Positions 12,173 through 25,052 of a stretch of DNA of 64,000 nt are shown here, one piece after another. Source of the DNA: Eledone cirrhosa (lineage: Eukaryota). Numbering within the stretch: the stretch's first letter is position 1; each line of letters opens with the position of its first letter. Below the pieces are notes generated by a model, which made no database searches, was not told the DNA's origin, and saw only the letters and a list, made by a program, of their open reading frames with translations. The DNA is taken from the NCBI GenBank assembly GCA_964016885.1, contig OZ024748.1, positions 11,594,001 through 11,658,000 on the forward strand, written 5' to 3'. Position numbers and translations under genes: made by a program.

Positions 12173-12318
12173 AATGAAGGAAGTGTGGTAAGGGACCAGG
12201 TGAACCATAATGCACCAGAGTACTCGATACGTTGGGTAGTAGAGTGGGTAATAGGAAAAGGTTCAGGACCCCGACGGCAAAACTCAAGCTATTTCGACGG
12301 CTATTTCTGGACTTTGTC
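12173..12318 (-). mobile_element. PLE family X copy with a ~45-50-bp flanking duplication
   Basis: 12117-12170 is repeated at 12318-12370. Confidence 0.8.
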
Positions 12319-12371
12319 CTTACTTACTGTGGTTACACCCGATTGAACCGGGAATAAACATATATATATAT

Positions 12372-12685
12372 TTCGTTTCTGAATTTGTTTAGCAAAATTC
12401 TTTATCTGAAAACGTGTGTTGAAACCGATATTGTTATACTTTGGGAGGGTCATGTTGCCAATAAGAAACACACGCACCAGTTGCTTTCACTTCAATTTAT
12501 TATAAATTAAATTTATAAATTTAAAAATTTATAAATTTCCAGTTGGTTGGTTAGTTCCACAACCGGACGGTTGTTCATATATTGTCAAAGTTCTTTCGTC
12601 ACACATTCTGTGACCTCTTCAGTGACTGGGGATTCTTTTCTTTGTTTTGTGCCTCTCCTTTGTTCTGTCCTACGCCATCTTGTTT
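12372..12685 (-). mobile_element. PLE-type 3' end (family Y) with a hammerhead at 12584-12626
   Basis: Reverse complement: guca CUGAAGA g gucac agaaugu gugac GAAA gaac UU ugac. Relatives at 16678, 18430, 50065 and 60820. Confidence 0.8.
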
Positions 12686-12761
12686 ATATATATATATATA
12701 GTAATTGTTTCTACTTTAGAGACAAGGCCAGCAAATTTGGGGGAAGGTCTGGAACTTTTTC

Positions 12762-12892
<131 letters not shown>

Positions 12893-13319
12893 TCCACATA
12901 GTACAGTCTTTTTATAGCATAATAAACTGTTAGAAATGATATGCTAGCTCAATAGCTTGGGAATTGAGCAGACAAGGTCGTCTGTGTTTAAAGATGTTTT
13001 GACTGTTAGAGGGGTGAAGAGGTCTGGTGAGCTGTAGCTATGTATTGTTTGTCACACACTTGATCGTTGCTAGATATTACTGTTTTATAACTTTTAATTA
13101 TTCTATTTTTCCTTAAATTCTGTGACGTTTTACTGTACGTATGTATAGGTGAGCTATGAATGTGCTAGTATTGTTTGTATGTATATGTGCATGCATGTAT
13201 CATATATATATATATGTGTGTGTATGTTTGTATGTGTGGGGGTGCGGTTGTGTGTTTGTGTAATGTGTGGTTGTGTGTCTGTGTGTCTGTGTGTTTCTGT
13301 GTGTTTTTGTGTGTACAAA

Positions 13320-13440
13320 ATGTAAATGGAAACGACAAAGCAATCAAGACAGTACTATGAAGAAATATATTAGTTTAACGCTTGATATGGTAGGGGAAGA
13401 TTCTTTACGTTTCGAACATTAGTCCTTTATCAGAATATAT
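13320..13440 (-). mobile_element. Degenerate PLE 3' end with a decayed hammerhead (13401-13435)
   Basis: Reverse complement: uu CUGAUAA aggac uaau guuc GAAA cg UA aa. Same family as 14881 and 34372. Confidence 0.55.
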
Positions 13441-13829
13441 AATTAGAAATAAATGATGAAGTATAAAGCTATTCTACTTTTGACTTAAGCCTATACGGGT
13501 TAATGAAATGTCTGTTAAATCTAAACTGAATGTCCTCCTTACCTGTTTTAACATCACAAATGTAATACATCAAATGTTGTTAGTGGGAGAACAAGGGCGG
13601 GAGGTATCACCTCTTGAACAAAGAATGGCTGTCATACATTCACTGAAAGATCGGATGACAACACTTTACTGACAACCACCATCTAAAGTGATGGAAGCAA
13701 TTATATTATTTACATCAACAAGCAAAGTCAAACTTGATAAACCAAGGGGGCATAACTCCCTTCTATACTAATGCCATCTATTTCACAAAATTATATACTT
13801 CCCAGTTATAGTATTAGTTCACAAGATAG

Positions 13830-14000
13830 GGCAGCTGGGTTGACAGTATCGGTAGAGCGCCGGACAATATGCTTCGCGGCATAGAGTTATGGCACTTTAC
13901 TCTCTGAGTTGAAATCCCGTCGAGGTTAGCTTTTCCTTTCATCCTTACGGAGTCGATAAAATAGAGTACCAGTAATGCACTCGAGTCGATTTAATCTTTA
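13830..14000 (+). mobile_element. MetaSINE-like SINE
   Basis: ctttcatccttacggagtcgataaaatagagtaccag core. Confidence 0.8.
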
Positions 14001-14075
14001 CTTTGAACAAAGATTAAAAGTTTATCATTATTGTTCATGTATATGCATATATATATTGATATGTATGTACGTATG

Positions 14076-14144
<69 letters not shown>

Positions 14145-14145
14145 T

Positions 14146-14176
<31 letters not shown>

Positions 14177-14211
14177 GTATATTTATATATATATTTATAT
14201 ATATATATGTA

Positions 14212-14259
<48 letters not shown>

Positions 14260-14361
14260 TTATCTGTGTGCCCTACTCTCTCTCTCCGTGTGTCCTTCAT
14301 TATTATGTCTAACATTGCATAATCCGTAAATATACTTATATCATTTAGTTCTATTTTTTCG

Positions 14362-14449
<88 letters not shown>

Positions 14450-14464
14450 GTATATGTATATATA

Positions 14465-14662
14465 CGAAGAGGGTGTGGTAAGATACCAGGTGAACCATAA
14501 CGCACCAGAGTACTCAATAGTTAGGGTACTAGAGTGGGTAATGGGAAAATAGTCAGGACCCCGACGGCTGAGCTCCGGCCGTTTCGACAGCTAGATCTGA
14601 ACTCGGATCTAGCTGCCGAAAAGGACGGAGCTCAGCCGTCGGGGTCCTGACTCTTTTCCTAT
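14465..14662. mobile_element. PLE family X fold-back copy
   Basis: Arms of ~50 bp centred near 14600 (ctagatctgaactcggatctag). Confidence 0.85.
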
Positions 14663-14701
<39 letters not shown>

Positions 14702-14829
14702 CATAAATATATATATACATGTTTATATTTACAAACACACACACACACATACACACACATATATATATATATATGAGATGTCAACATGAATGGACCTGTT
14801 ATTTTTATCTAAAGACATTGTTTTTCAAT

Positions 14830-14996
14830 TCCACCCCGCCTGTCCCCTTCAATCTATCTTATTTCTCATTCCTTCTTCTACTGAAGGACTAGCGTCCGAA
14901 ACGTTAAGACCCTCTACTTGCTATTTCAAGCGTTAACCTAATATATTCGTTCCATATACTGTACCGATTGTGTTGTTATTTCTGTTTATCTTTTAC
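14830..14996 (+). mobile_element. PLE 3' end with a decayed hammerhead (14881-14908)
   Basis: CTGA-aggac tagc gtcc GAAA cg TT aag, with 3 nt missing from the core. Homologous to 34340-34480. Confidence 0.6.
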
Positions 14997-15035
14997 ATAC
15001 ACACACACACATATAAATATATATATATAAAATAA

Positions 15036-15433
15036 AATAAAATAAGTAAGTCAAACATGTTAAATCTGGCTTCGGTTATTATAAATTCTCTGCTATATAT
15101 TTCACTGATATATCTGATTCCAATTCCTCGGAGGACTAACAACACACCCAGGAGCTGGACATATCGATGAATTGACAGAGTGGAACACATTTCAACACCA
15201 TGTTTACCTGTTCTTTCTACATTAATTCGTACTGCCTGATGAGGTCACAGCCAATAATAGCTGTCACTGAAATATATATAGCAGAGAATTTATATTAAAC
15301 GAAGCGAAATTTAAGATGTTTGACTTACTTATTTTACATTACTCCGGAGTAAACAAACCAGACTGCTTTCTTCGTCGAGTGCTCCAACCTGCATACTGAG
15401 GTATCGGTAAACAACCAACACATACTCAAAATT

Positions 15434-15437
<4 letters not shown>
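15036..15437 (+). mobile_element. PLE 3' end with an inverted 5' segment and an intact hammerhead at 15232-15284
   Basis: cugc CUGAUGA ggu c acagc caauaaua gcugu c acu GAAA uauaua UA gcag. 15036-15110 is an inverted copy of ~15262-15335. Confidence 0.85.
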
Positions 15438-15511
<74 letters not shown>

Positions 15512-15515
<4 letters not shown>

Positions 15516-15876
15516 GGAGGTGAGTTTTATTGTAGTACAATAAAGCAATGCAGATATCGGATAAGAAGCACTCTACAGTTTGTAGGACTGGAGTATACAT
15601 AATATAAGATCAAAAGATGGTTAAAGGAGTTCCATGTATTTTATTATGCGCATTTCAAAAACAAACATCATCATGCAATAATATTTGTGTTTTCATCAGA
15701 TAAAACAGGAGAACATGATATGAAGGCTAAAAAACACTTGTGGATAGTGCAGTTTTAAATCATATCATGTTCTCCTGTTTTATCTGATGAAAACACAAAT
15801 ATTATTGCATGATGATGTTTGTTTTTGAAATGCGCATAATAAAATACATGGAACTCCTTTAACCATCTTTTGATCT

Positions 15877-15883
<7 letters not shown>
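15512..15883. mobile_element. Young PLE-type element as a fold-back, with hammerheads on both arms (15639-15705 minus, 15778-15844 plus)
   Basis: ~122-bp perfect inverted arms. uuuuau CUGAUGA aaac..guuuuu GAAA ugcgca UA auaaaa. Essentially identical to 21623-21873. Confidence 0.9.
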
Positions 15884-15958
<75 letters not shown>

Positions 15959-16039
15959 GCCTCACACACTTCCACGACTTGTTCATTTCATTGTCTTTTT
16001 TATGTGTTTTTTTTAATATTATTTTTATTTTTATTTTTA

Positions 16040-16247
16040 TTTGTTCTCCTTTCCCCTTTTCTATAAATGTCTTTCCACCCCTCCTCTACACACCTTCGGA
16101 ACTCTCTTCCTACCCAATTTTCTCCTGAAGAAGGGCTTATGCCCGAAACGTCGTTTACCACCCCCACGCCCCACCCCCACTCTCAAGAGCGTGAACCTAA
16201 TAAACCTTGATTTGTTTGACTCTCTGTCTTTGTTCCCGTTCAAATTT

Positions 16248-16250
<3 letters not shown>
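16040..16250 (+). mobile_element. PLE 3' end with a minimal hammerhead core (16125-16152)
   Basis: CUGAAGA a gggc uuau gccc GAAA cg UC, followed by AATAAA and (TA)n. Confidence 0.75.
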
Positions 16251-16298
<48 letters not shown>

Positions 16299-16305
16299 AT
16301 ATATA

Positions 16306-16361
<56 letters not shown>

Positions 16362-16590
16362 TAAATCTGTATTCCAATGTTACTAAGTAGTCGCATTGGA
16401 TGGAGTCAACCGACGTCGGAGATTGCTCAAAGGTCTGACGACATGGTGTGTTTTCTTACAGTGTACCTACGATTTATGATAATATTTTTATATTATACAA
16501 ATAGCGAGGTATAGGTAGCTCATACACTATAGAAACAATTGTTACCTAATAAATTCTTTATACCCGCATTTCCGTTTCATAAACTTCTTC

Positions 16591-17022
<432 letters not shown>

Positions 17023-17164
17023 TGTTATAGCAGACGATGTGTTTCAATTCACAAGGTGGTATACTTGACAGTTATATTGAGGTGGTTGAAATACTTCTTT
17101 CCTGTAACCAGTGGATACTAAGTATATTTAATGATGTTTTGTTAGCGTGTAATATAGAGTTGAA

Positions 17165-17965
17165 AATCACCACCACTGCCACCAAATCTACTAACATCAC
17201 CACAGCCACCACCACCACTACCATCATCCTCATCACCACCGCCGCTGCTGCCATCGCCACCACCAGAAGTACAAACACTACCACCACCATCATTACCCCC
17301 ACCACCATTCCACCACCATTAACGCCACCATTCCACCACAGCCATCTCCACCACAACCACCCACCAACACTAGCACCACAGTCATCTCCACCACCATCAC
17401 AACCATCACATTACCACCATCACAACCATCACCACCACAACCGTCACCACAACCACCGCCACCGCCATCACCACAACCACCATCACAACAACCACTACCA
17501 CCACCACCACCACCACCACCACCACCACCACAACAACAACAACAACAACAACCACCAGCACCAGCACCACAGCCATCTTCACCACCCCACAACCACCACA
17601 ACCGTCACCACAACCACCACCACCACCTCAACCACCACCACCATCAACACCACAACCACAACAACCACCACCACAACAACAACCACCACCACCACCACCA
17701 CAACCACCACCACCACCACAACAACAACAACCACCACCACCACCACCACCACCACCACCATCACAACAACCACTACGACCATCAACACCACAACCACCAC
17801 CACCACCACCACAACAACCACAACCACCACCACCACCATCACCACAACCACCACCACCACCACCACAACAACCACCACCACCACCACCACAACAACCACC
17901 ACCACCACAACAACAACAACAACCACCACCACCACCACCACCACCACCACAACCATCGTCGCCAC
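17165..17965. repeat. (ACC)n/(ACA)n compound microsatellite
   Basis: Direct inspection. Confidence 0.95.
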
Positions 17966-18265
17966 CAGTCTTAGTGTGAACAGTTGTGAATGCTGTATGT
18001 AAAGTAGCTTGTCTTTGTAAAACAAAGAAAGATATTCTACAGAAAACAACAACAACAACAAAGGCACCAAAGACTATGTGACAAGGGGGTGCAGCAGGTT
18101 TAGTGCATCTTCGCTGTGTTTTGGGGTGAATAATGCATATTGGTGAATGATGCACATTTAGAAATCAATATATTGGTGCTGTGGTTAGTATTTTGTCTAT
18201 GAGCAGCAGTTTTATAGAGAGAAAACCAAAGAGGAAACGGACTACAGTGACGTTTGTATATATGT

Positions 18266-18702
<437 letters not shown>

Positions 18703-18768
18703 ATATATATATATATAGTAAATATATATATATATATATGTATATATATAGTAAATATATATATATAG

Positions 18769-18828
<60 letters not shown>

Positions 18829-18842
18829 TAAAAAGGAAAAGA

Positions 18843-19173
18843 AAATGCTGACAAATTTTTCCCAGTGAAAAATAGTTTAATTAGGAATAAATATAAATTA
18901 GAAATAAGTATTAGTTAGTATTCAGTTTTAGTTTTAAGTATTTACCGGTTGCGCATTTCTTATGCTTTTCAAAAATAATTTTGAGATAGAGTGCTCGTGA
19001 TTTGTTCTCTTAAATAAGATTAGAGCAAAAATCACGAGCACTCTATCTCAAAATTATTTTTGAAAAGCATAAGAAATGCGCAACCGGTAAATACTTAAAA
19101 CTAAAACTGAATACTAACTAATACTTATTCCTAATTAAACTATTTTTCACTGGGAAAAATTTGTCACCATTTT
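18843..19173. mobile_element. Long fold-back palindrome (~150-165-bp arms) of a PLE-type element with a decayed U3-A8 hammerhead
   Basis: Centre ~19015. UUGAAAA gcau aagaa augc GCAA ccgg UA at 19060-19089. Confidence 0.8.
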
Positions 19174-19203
19174 ATCAGCATGTCAGCATTTTGTCAGCAT
19201 GTT

Positions 19204-19649
19204 ATCTGAGTTTTTCGAATATTAATAATAATATTCGATTCGTTTGCAATTATGTAAACAAGCCTCGTTTTTAAAGCCATGTCAGTAGAATAAGCCCCTC
19301 ATTCTTGCTCTTATGCCAACACAAGAGCAAGAATGAGGGGCTCATTCTTGCTTTTAAAAATGAGGCTTGTTTGCATAATTGCAAACGAATCGAATATTAT
19401 TATTAATATTCGAAAGGCGGTGGATTGGTAGTATCGGTAGAGGGTCGGACATGCTTTCCATATAGTTACGTCCCTTTACAATCTGAGTTCAAATCCCGCC
19501 GAGGTCAACTTTGCCTTTCATCCTTACGAGGTCGATAAAATAAAGTACCAGTAATGTACTGGATAATTGCTGGCCTTGTGCCTAAAGTAGAAACTATTAT
19601 TAATATTCGAAAAACTCAGATTACATTTATTGTATTCAGCCATGTAGAG

Positions 19650-19652
<3 letters not shown>
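19204..19652. mobile_element. Fold-back element whose right arm is interrupted by a SINE
   Basis: Arms 19204-19312 and 19323-19415 plus 19613 onward. Its 3' end is shared with 5351-5415. Confidence 0.75.
19416..19594 (+). mobile_element. Full-length MetaSINE-like SINE with an 18-bp TSD
   Basis: TSD tattattaatattcgaaa at 19398-19415 and 19595-19612. B-box-like GTTCAAATC. Meta-like core. Confidence 0.9.
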
Positions 19653-19704
<52 letters not shown>

Positions 19705-19707
<3 letters not shown>

Positions 19708-19960
19708 AGTAAGTATGTTTTGAAACAGTGAGTAGGTTTGAAATTAGAAAATAGAATAGTTTTCACCGTATTTTTGACTAAAGGAATTTTAGCCTGATAA
19801 TGGGGTTTAGAACCCTCAGATAAATGGAAAAAGATGAGTATTGATGTACATGAGTATTGACGTACATGTACGTCAATACTCATCTTTTTCCATTTATCTG
19901 AGGGTTCTAAACCCCATTATCAGGCTAAAATTCCTTTAGTCAAAAATACGGTGAAAGCTA
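19705..19960. mobile_element. (TA)n-flanked fold-back element (~90-bp arms)
   Basis: tttcaccgtatttttgac...gatgagtattga / tcaatactcatc...gtcaaaaatacggtgaaa. Confidence 0.8.
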
Positions 19961-19974
19961 TATATATATATATC

Positions 19975-20495
19975 ACCCTCCCGCGTCATCCTCACACTCA
20001 AGGGCGCTCCTTAATCAAAATGAAGTGATATACCGCATAGCAAGGCTCGAACACACACAGAGACTCCACCATTGGTAGCTCCCGCCGGCACACTCCACCA
20101 CTACGGGCGCTCCTCAGAATGAAGTGATATACCTCATAGTAGGGTTCAAAAACACACTGAGACGCCAGTCCCTGGTACATTTCCCACAGCCCACGTACCC
20201 GCCAAACCCGTTATTTTTTTCTTATAGTAGGAATCGAAAACACACAGACTCCAGTCAGCCAGTGGTACCTTCCCCAAGCCCCAGCTAAACCCTTTTTTTC
20301 TCAGTAGTAGGCATCGAAAACACAGAGACACCTGTCATTGGTACTTTAACGCTAAAATCAAACTTATTTTTCTTTTCTCATAGTAGGGATCGAAAATACA
20401 GACTCCTGCCAGTCAGTGGTACCTTCCCGCAACTAGCCCCCAGCTAAAGCCCTTTTTTCTCATAGTAGGGACCGAAAACACAGACTCCAGGCAGT
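19975..20495. repeat. Array of 6 conserved cores separated by variable spacers (period ~78-99 bp)
   Basis: Core tcatagtagggatcgaaaacacagactcc near 20035, 20134, 20222, 20300, 20378 and 20460. Confidence 0.8.
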
Positions 20496-20646
20496 CAAAG
20501 TTAACTTTGGTGTGATTTGACTTCAATTATTTTTTATAATGATTAATTAATATTATGAACATTAAAGTTGGGACACACATTTCAAATTTCAAACTTCCCC
20601 CAATGCTCCTTAAGTCAGCCGGTTTGTATATATATATGTGTATGTG

Positions 20647-20795
<149 letters not shown>

Positions 20796-20990
20796 GGATA
20801 TCTGTTGATAAAAGACCAATGAAAACCATACTCAATCTAGTACAAGAGACAGGCCATTTTTAGAACAGCTACTCCACTATACAGTGGTGGCCATAACTGG
20901 ACCCCGAAGCCTAAGGTCCCGCTGTCAAGTGTATGAAATTTTAACACAAACTATATATATGGTTCACCTTATTCGGATCATCAGTTTAAA

Positions 20991-21031
20991 CCGAGCTGAT
21001 GATCCGAATAAGGTGAAACAATTGTTCTCGG
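20991..21031 (+). ncRNA. Minimal type-I hammerhead motif, with an inverted partial copy at 20963-20984
   Basis: ccgag CUGAUGA ucc gaauaa ggu GAAA caauug UU cucgg. Confidence 0.8.
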
Positions 21032-21622
21032 AAATGGTGAACTAACCGTTGTGGAACTACTTCTACTAATCTCGTCCCATGGACTGAGTGTTCTACTACT
21101 ACGGATATAACCCTGTAGTGTTCTACTATCATATATATATATATAATAGTATATCATAGTATATATATATATATATATGATAGTACATCCTCTGCTGAGG
21201 ATCGAATTCCAACCGTGACCATCCCCACTGAAAGTTTTCGTGAAATAGTCTTTTCAAGACTATACAGAGCATTTGTAGTTTTTCCAAATTGAAGGATGAA
21301 TATTTTAGACTTTATTTTATCATGAGTTAAGGCTCTATTGATTTTTCCATGGATTTCACTAAATTCTGTTCGATGAATCTATATCCTGATTCTTTTTGAA
21401 TTGAGTTTGAATTATTTTCCCACATCTTACGTTAACTATTTTTCCATTTTGACGCTTTAGTCACTTATATATTATGGAATACTTGTTTCTACGTTAGGCA
21501 CAAGGCCAGCACATACCCAGTGCATTACTGGTACTTTGTTGGCTTCTTGCTACAATAATTTCTATACTTTTCATTTATACTTTTCATTTATATATATATA
21601 TATATATTGATTTTATATATGT

Positions 21623-21869
21623 TGATTTAAAACTGCACTATCCACAAGTGTTTTTTAGCCTTCATATCATGTTCTCCTGTTTTATCTGATGAAAACACAA
21701 ATATTATTGCATGATGATGTTTGTTTTTGAAATGCGCATAATAAAATACATGGAACTCCTTTAACCATCTTTTGATCTTATATTATGTATACTCCAGTCC
21801 TACAAACTGTAGAGTGCTTCTTATCCGATATCTGCATTGCTTTATTGTACTACAATAAAACTCACCTCC

Positions 21870-21873
<4 letters not shown>
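21623..21873 (+). mobile_element. Young PLE-type element with an intact hammerhead (21680-21746)
   Basis: Near-exact reverse complement of 15512-15762. Ends ctcacctcctaca(TA)n. A short end fragment also lies at 56537-56565. Confidence 0.9.
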
Positions 21874-21914
<41 letters not shown>

Positions 21915-22036
21915 TTAATATAGATGAGAATCTCATCTATATTAAAACTTTTATACTCTGCTATGTATTGAGTACATTACTTACTGTGGTTATCTCCCAT
22001 TCAACCCGGAATAACGTACCTATATATATATATATA

Positions 22037-22123
<87 letters not shown>

Positions 22124-22164
22124 GGTAAACAGAAATAACAACACAATCGGTACAGTATATGGAA

Positions 22165-22508
22165 GGGATGGCAGTGGTGTTGATGATGGTGATGGTGGTG
22201 TAGGTGTTGATGGTGGTGGTGGTGGTGTTGATGGCGGTGATGGTGGTGGTGGTGTTGATGGCGGTGATGGTGGTGGTAGTGTTGATGAGGGTGATGGTGA
22301 TGGTGGTGATGGTGGTGGTAGTGGTGGTGGTGGTGGTGATGGTGGTGATGGTGGTGGTAGTGGTGGTGGTGGTGGTGGTGGTGGTGGTGGTGGTGGTGGT
22401 GGTGGTGGTGGTGGTGGTTTTGGTGGTGAGGCTTGCAGCAGCCTCTGATGCTGCTTCACATGCTGCTGTAATACGCTGCATCGGTTATCGACTGCTCATA
22501 CTGTTGCT

Positions 22509-22550
<42 letters not shown>

Positions 22551-22570
22551 ACGGTTATCGACTGCATCTA

Positions 22571-22601
<31 letters not shown>

Positions 22602-22901
22602 CAGCTGCTACTGCTGCTCCTGTTGATATCCGCTGCTGCTGCTGCTGCTGCTGTCGTTGCTGCTGCTGTTATCGAATCCCGTAATCACCACCACCATCAC
22701 CACCACTACTAATACTACTACCACGTAGTTGCTGTTACCACGATTATAACTGTACCCGCCGCCGCCACCAGCACTACCACCACCACCACCACCTCCACCA
22801 CCACCAGCACTACCACCACCACCACCACCACCACTATTAAAACTATAACCACTACCATCCCCCCCCCCCAAACCAATATTACTAATACGACAGAAACTAT
22901 A

Positions 22902-22956
<55 letters not shown>

Positions 22957-23263
22957 TTATTACTTCTACCACAACCACTACAACTACTACTACTACTATT
23001 ATTATTACTTCTACCACAACCACTACTACTACTACTACTACTACTATTATTACTTCTACTATTATTACTTCTACCACAACCACTACTACTACTACTACTA
23101 CTACTATTATTACTTCTACCACAACCACTACTACTACTACTACTACTACTATTATTACTTCTACTATTATTACTTCTACCACAACCACTACTACTACTAC
23201 TACTTCTACCACAACAACTACTACTACTACTACTATTACTACTACTATTATTACTTCTACTAT

Positions 23264-23314
<51 letters not shown>

Positions 23315-24423
23315 AACTACTACTACTACTACCACCACTACCATCATCATCACCATCATCACTATCACAACAACCGGTACTACCGCCATTACCATTACTA
23401 CTACTACCACTATTCCACCATCACCACCACCACTACTTCTGCTACTACTACTACTACCACCACTACTACTACTACTACCACTACCACCAGTACCATCACC
23501 ATCACCATTACCACTATCACAACAACCGGTACTACCACCATCACCATTACCACTATCACCACTACTTCACCACCACCACCACCACTTCCTTCACTACGAC
23601 TTCTGCTACTACTACTACCACCACTACTACTACCACCACCACCACCACCACCACCACCACCACCACCACCATAACTGCTACCGCCACCACTACTACTACA
23701 CCACCACCTCCTTCACCACGACTTCTGCTACGACTACCACCACCACCACCACCACCACCATAACTACTACCAACACCACTTCTACTACTACACCACCACC
23801 ACCACTACCACCACCACCACCACCACCACCACCACCGCCATAACTACTACCACCACCACTTCTACTACACCGCCACCTTCACCACTACTTCTGCAATTAC
23901 CACCACCACCACCACTACCACCACCACCACCACCACCACCATCACCACCACCACCACTTCTACTACACCACCACCTTCACCACTACTTCTGCAACTACCA
24001 CCACCACCACCACTACCACCACCACCACCACCACCACCACCACCACCACCACTTCTACTACACCACCACCACCACCACCACTTCTACTACACCACCACCT
24101 TCACCACTACTTCTGCAACTACCACCACCACCACCACCACCACCACCACCACTTCTACTACACCACCACCTTCACCACTACTTCTGCAACTACCATCACC
24201 ACCACCACTACCACCACCACTACCACCACTACCACCACCACCACCACCACTTCTACTACACCACCACCTTCACCACTACTTCTGCAACTACCACTACCAC
24301 TACCACTACCACCACCACCACCACCACCACCACCACTTCTACTACACCGCCACCTTCACCACTACTTCTGCAACTACCACTACCACTACCACTACCACCA
24401 CCACCACTACTACTACTACTACT
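22165..24423. repeat. ~2.2-kb compound trinucleotide tract (GGT/GCT/ACT/ACC) with a higher-order unit near 23840-24400
   Basis: Recurring acttctactacaccaccaccttcaccactacttctgcaactacc. Confidence 0.9.
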
Positions 24424-24424
24424 A

Positions 24425-24540
24425 GTTCGGCAGCAGTGCTCTCGCAGACAAAAGCCGGTGTGCGTGTAACGCTGCTGTTTCAGTTGGAGCTAGTCACAGT
24501 TACAAACAAACATTTTTTTTTTAAATATTCAAAAGTGAAG
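24425..24540 (+). promoter_or_regulatory. Possible core promoter / TSS of the downstream gene
   Basis: Short unique CpG-containing island with an Inr-like TCAGTT at 24480-24485, about 2 kb upstream of the exon. Confidence 0.3.
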
Positions 24541-24587
24541 ATTCCAAGTTTTTCAATTATTACTGCTTGGACACCGGACCTTCATAC

Positions 24588-25052
24588 TAAACAACCAGCC
24601 AACCAACTAGCCAACTAACCAAACAAACAACCAGCTAACAAATTAGGCAACTAGCTAGCCAACCAACCAACCAAACAACCTGTTCACCAACCGAACAAAC
24701 CCTCATCCCAAACAACCAACCAATAAGCCAACTAGTAACCTAGCCAGCTAATTAGCTAGCAAGCCAAGCAACTAGCCAATTATCCAACCAACCAAACAGC
24801 CAACTAGCCAACCAACCCAACAATCAGCCAACCAGCCAAATATCTAGCCAGCAAACCAAACAACTAACCAATCCTCTAACCGAACGAACCTTTATCCTAA
24901 CCAAACAACCAACCAACCAACTAACCAACTAACCAACTAACCAACCAACCAACCAACCAACCAACCAACGCGCCAACCAACCAAACCAACCAACCAACCA
25001 ACCAGCCAGCTAGCCAACGAAATATCCAGCCGACAAACCAACCAACCAAACA
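24588..25052. repeat. Degenerate (CCAA)n tract
   Basis: Direct inspection. Confidence 0.9.

Noticed and set aside
13538-13790. Minus-strand splice donor (CAG|GTAAG) suggesting an exon
   Set aside because: No convincing open frame or acceptor upstream on that strand.
17037-18002. 321-aa Thr/His-rich mucin-like ORF
   Set aside because: An (ACC/ACA)n tract open in several frames on both strands, with no splice or domain evidence.
19416-19500. tRNA genes
   Set aside because: The A/B-box-like motifs belong to SINE heads, and there is no cloverleaf.
19975-20495. CRISPR array
   Set aside because: Eukaryotic context, no cas genes, degenerate repeats, and spacers related to each other.
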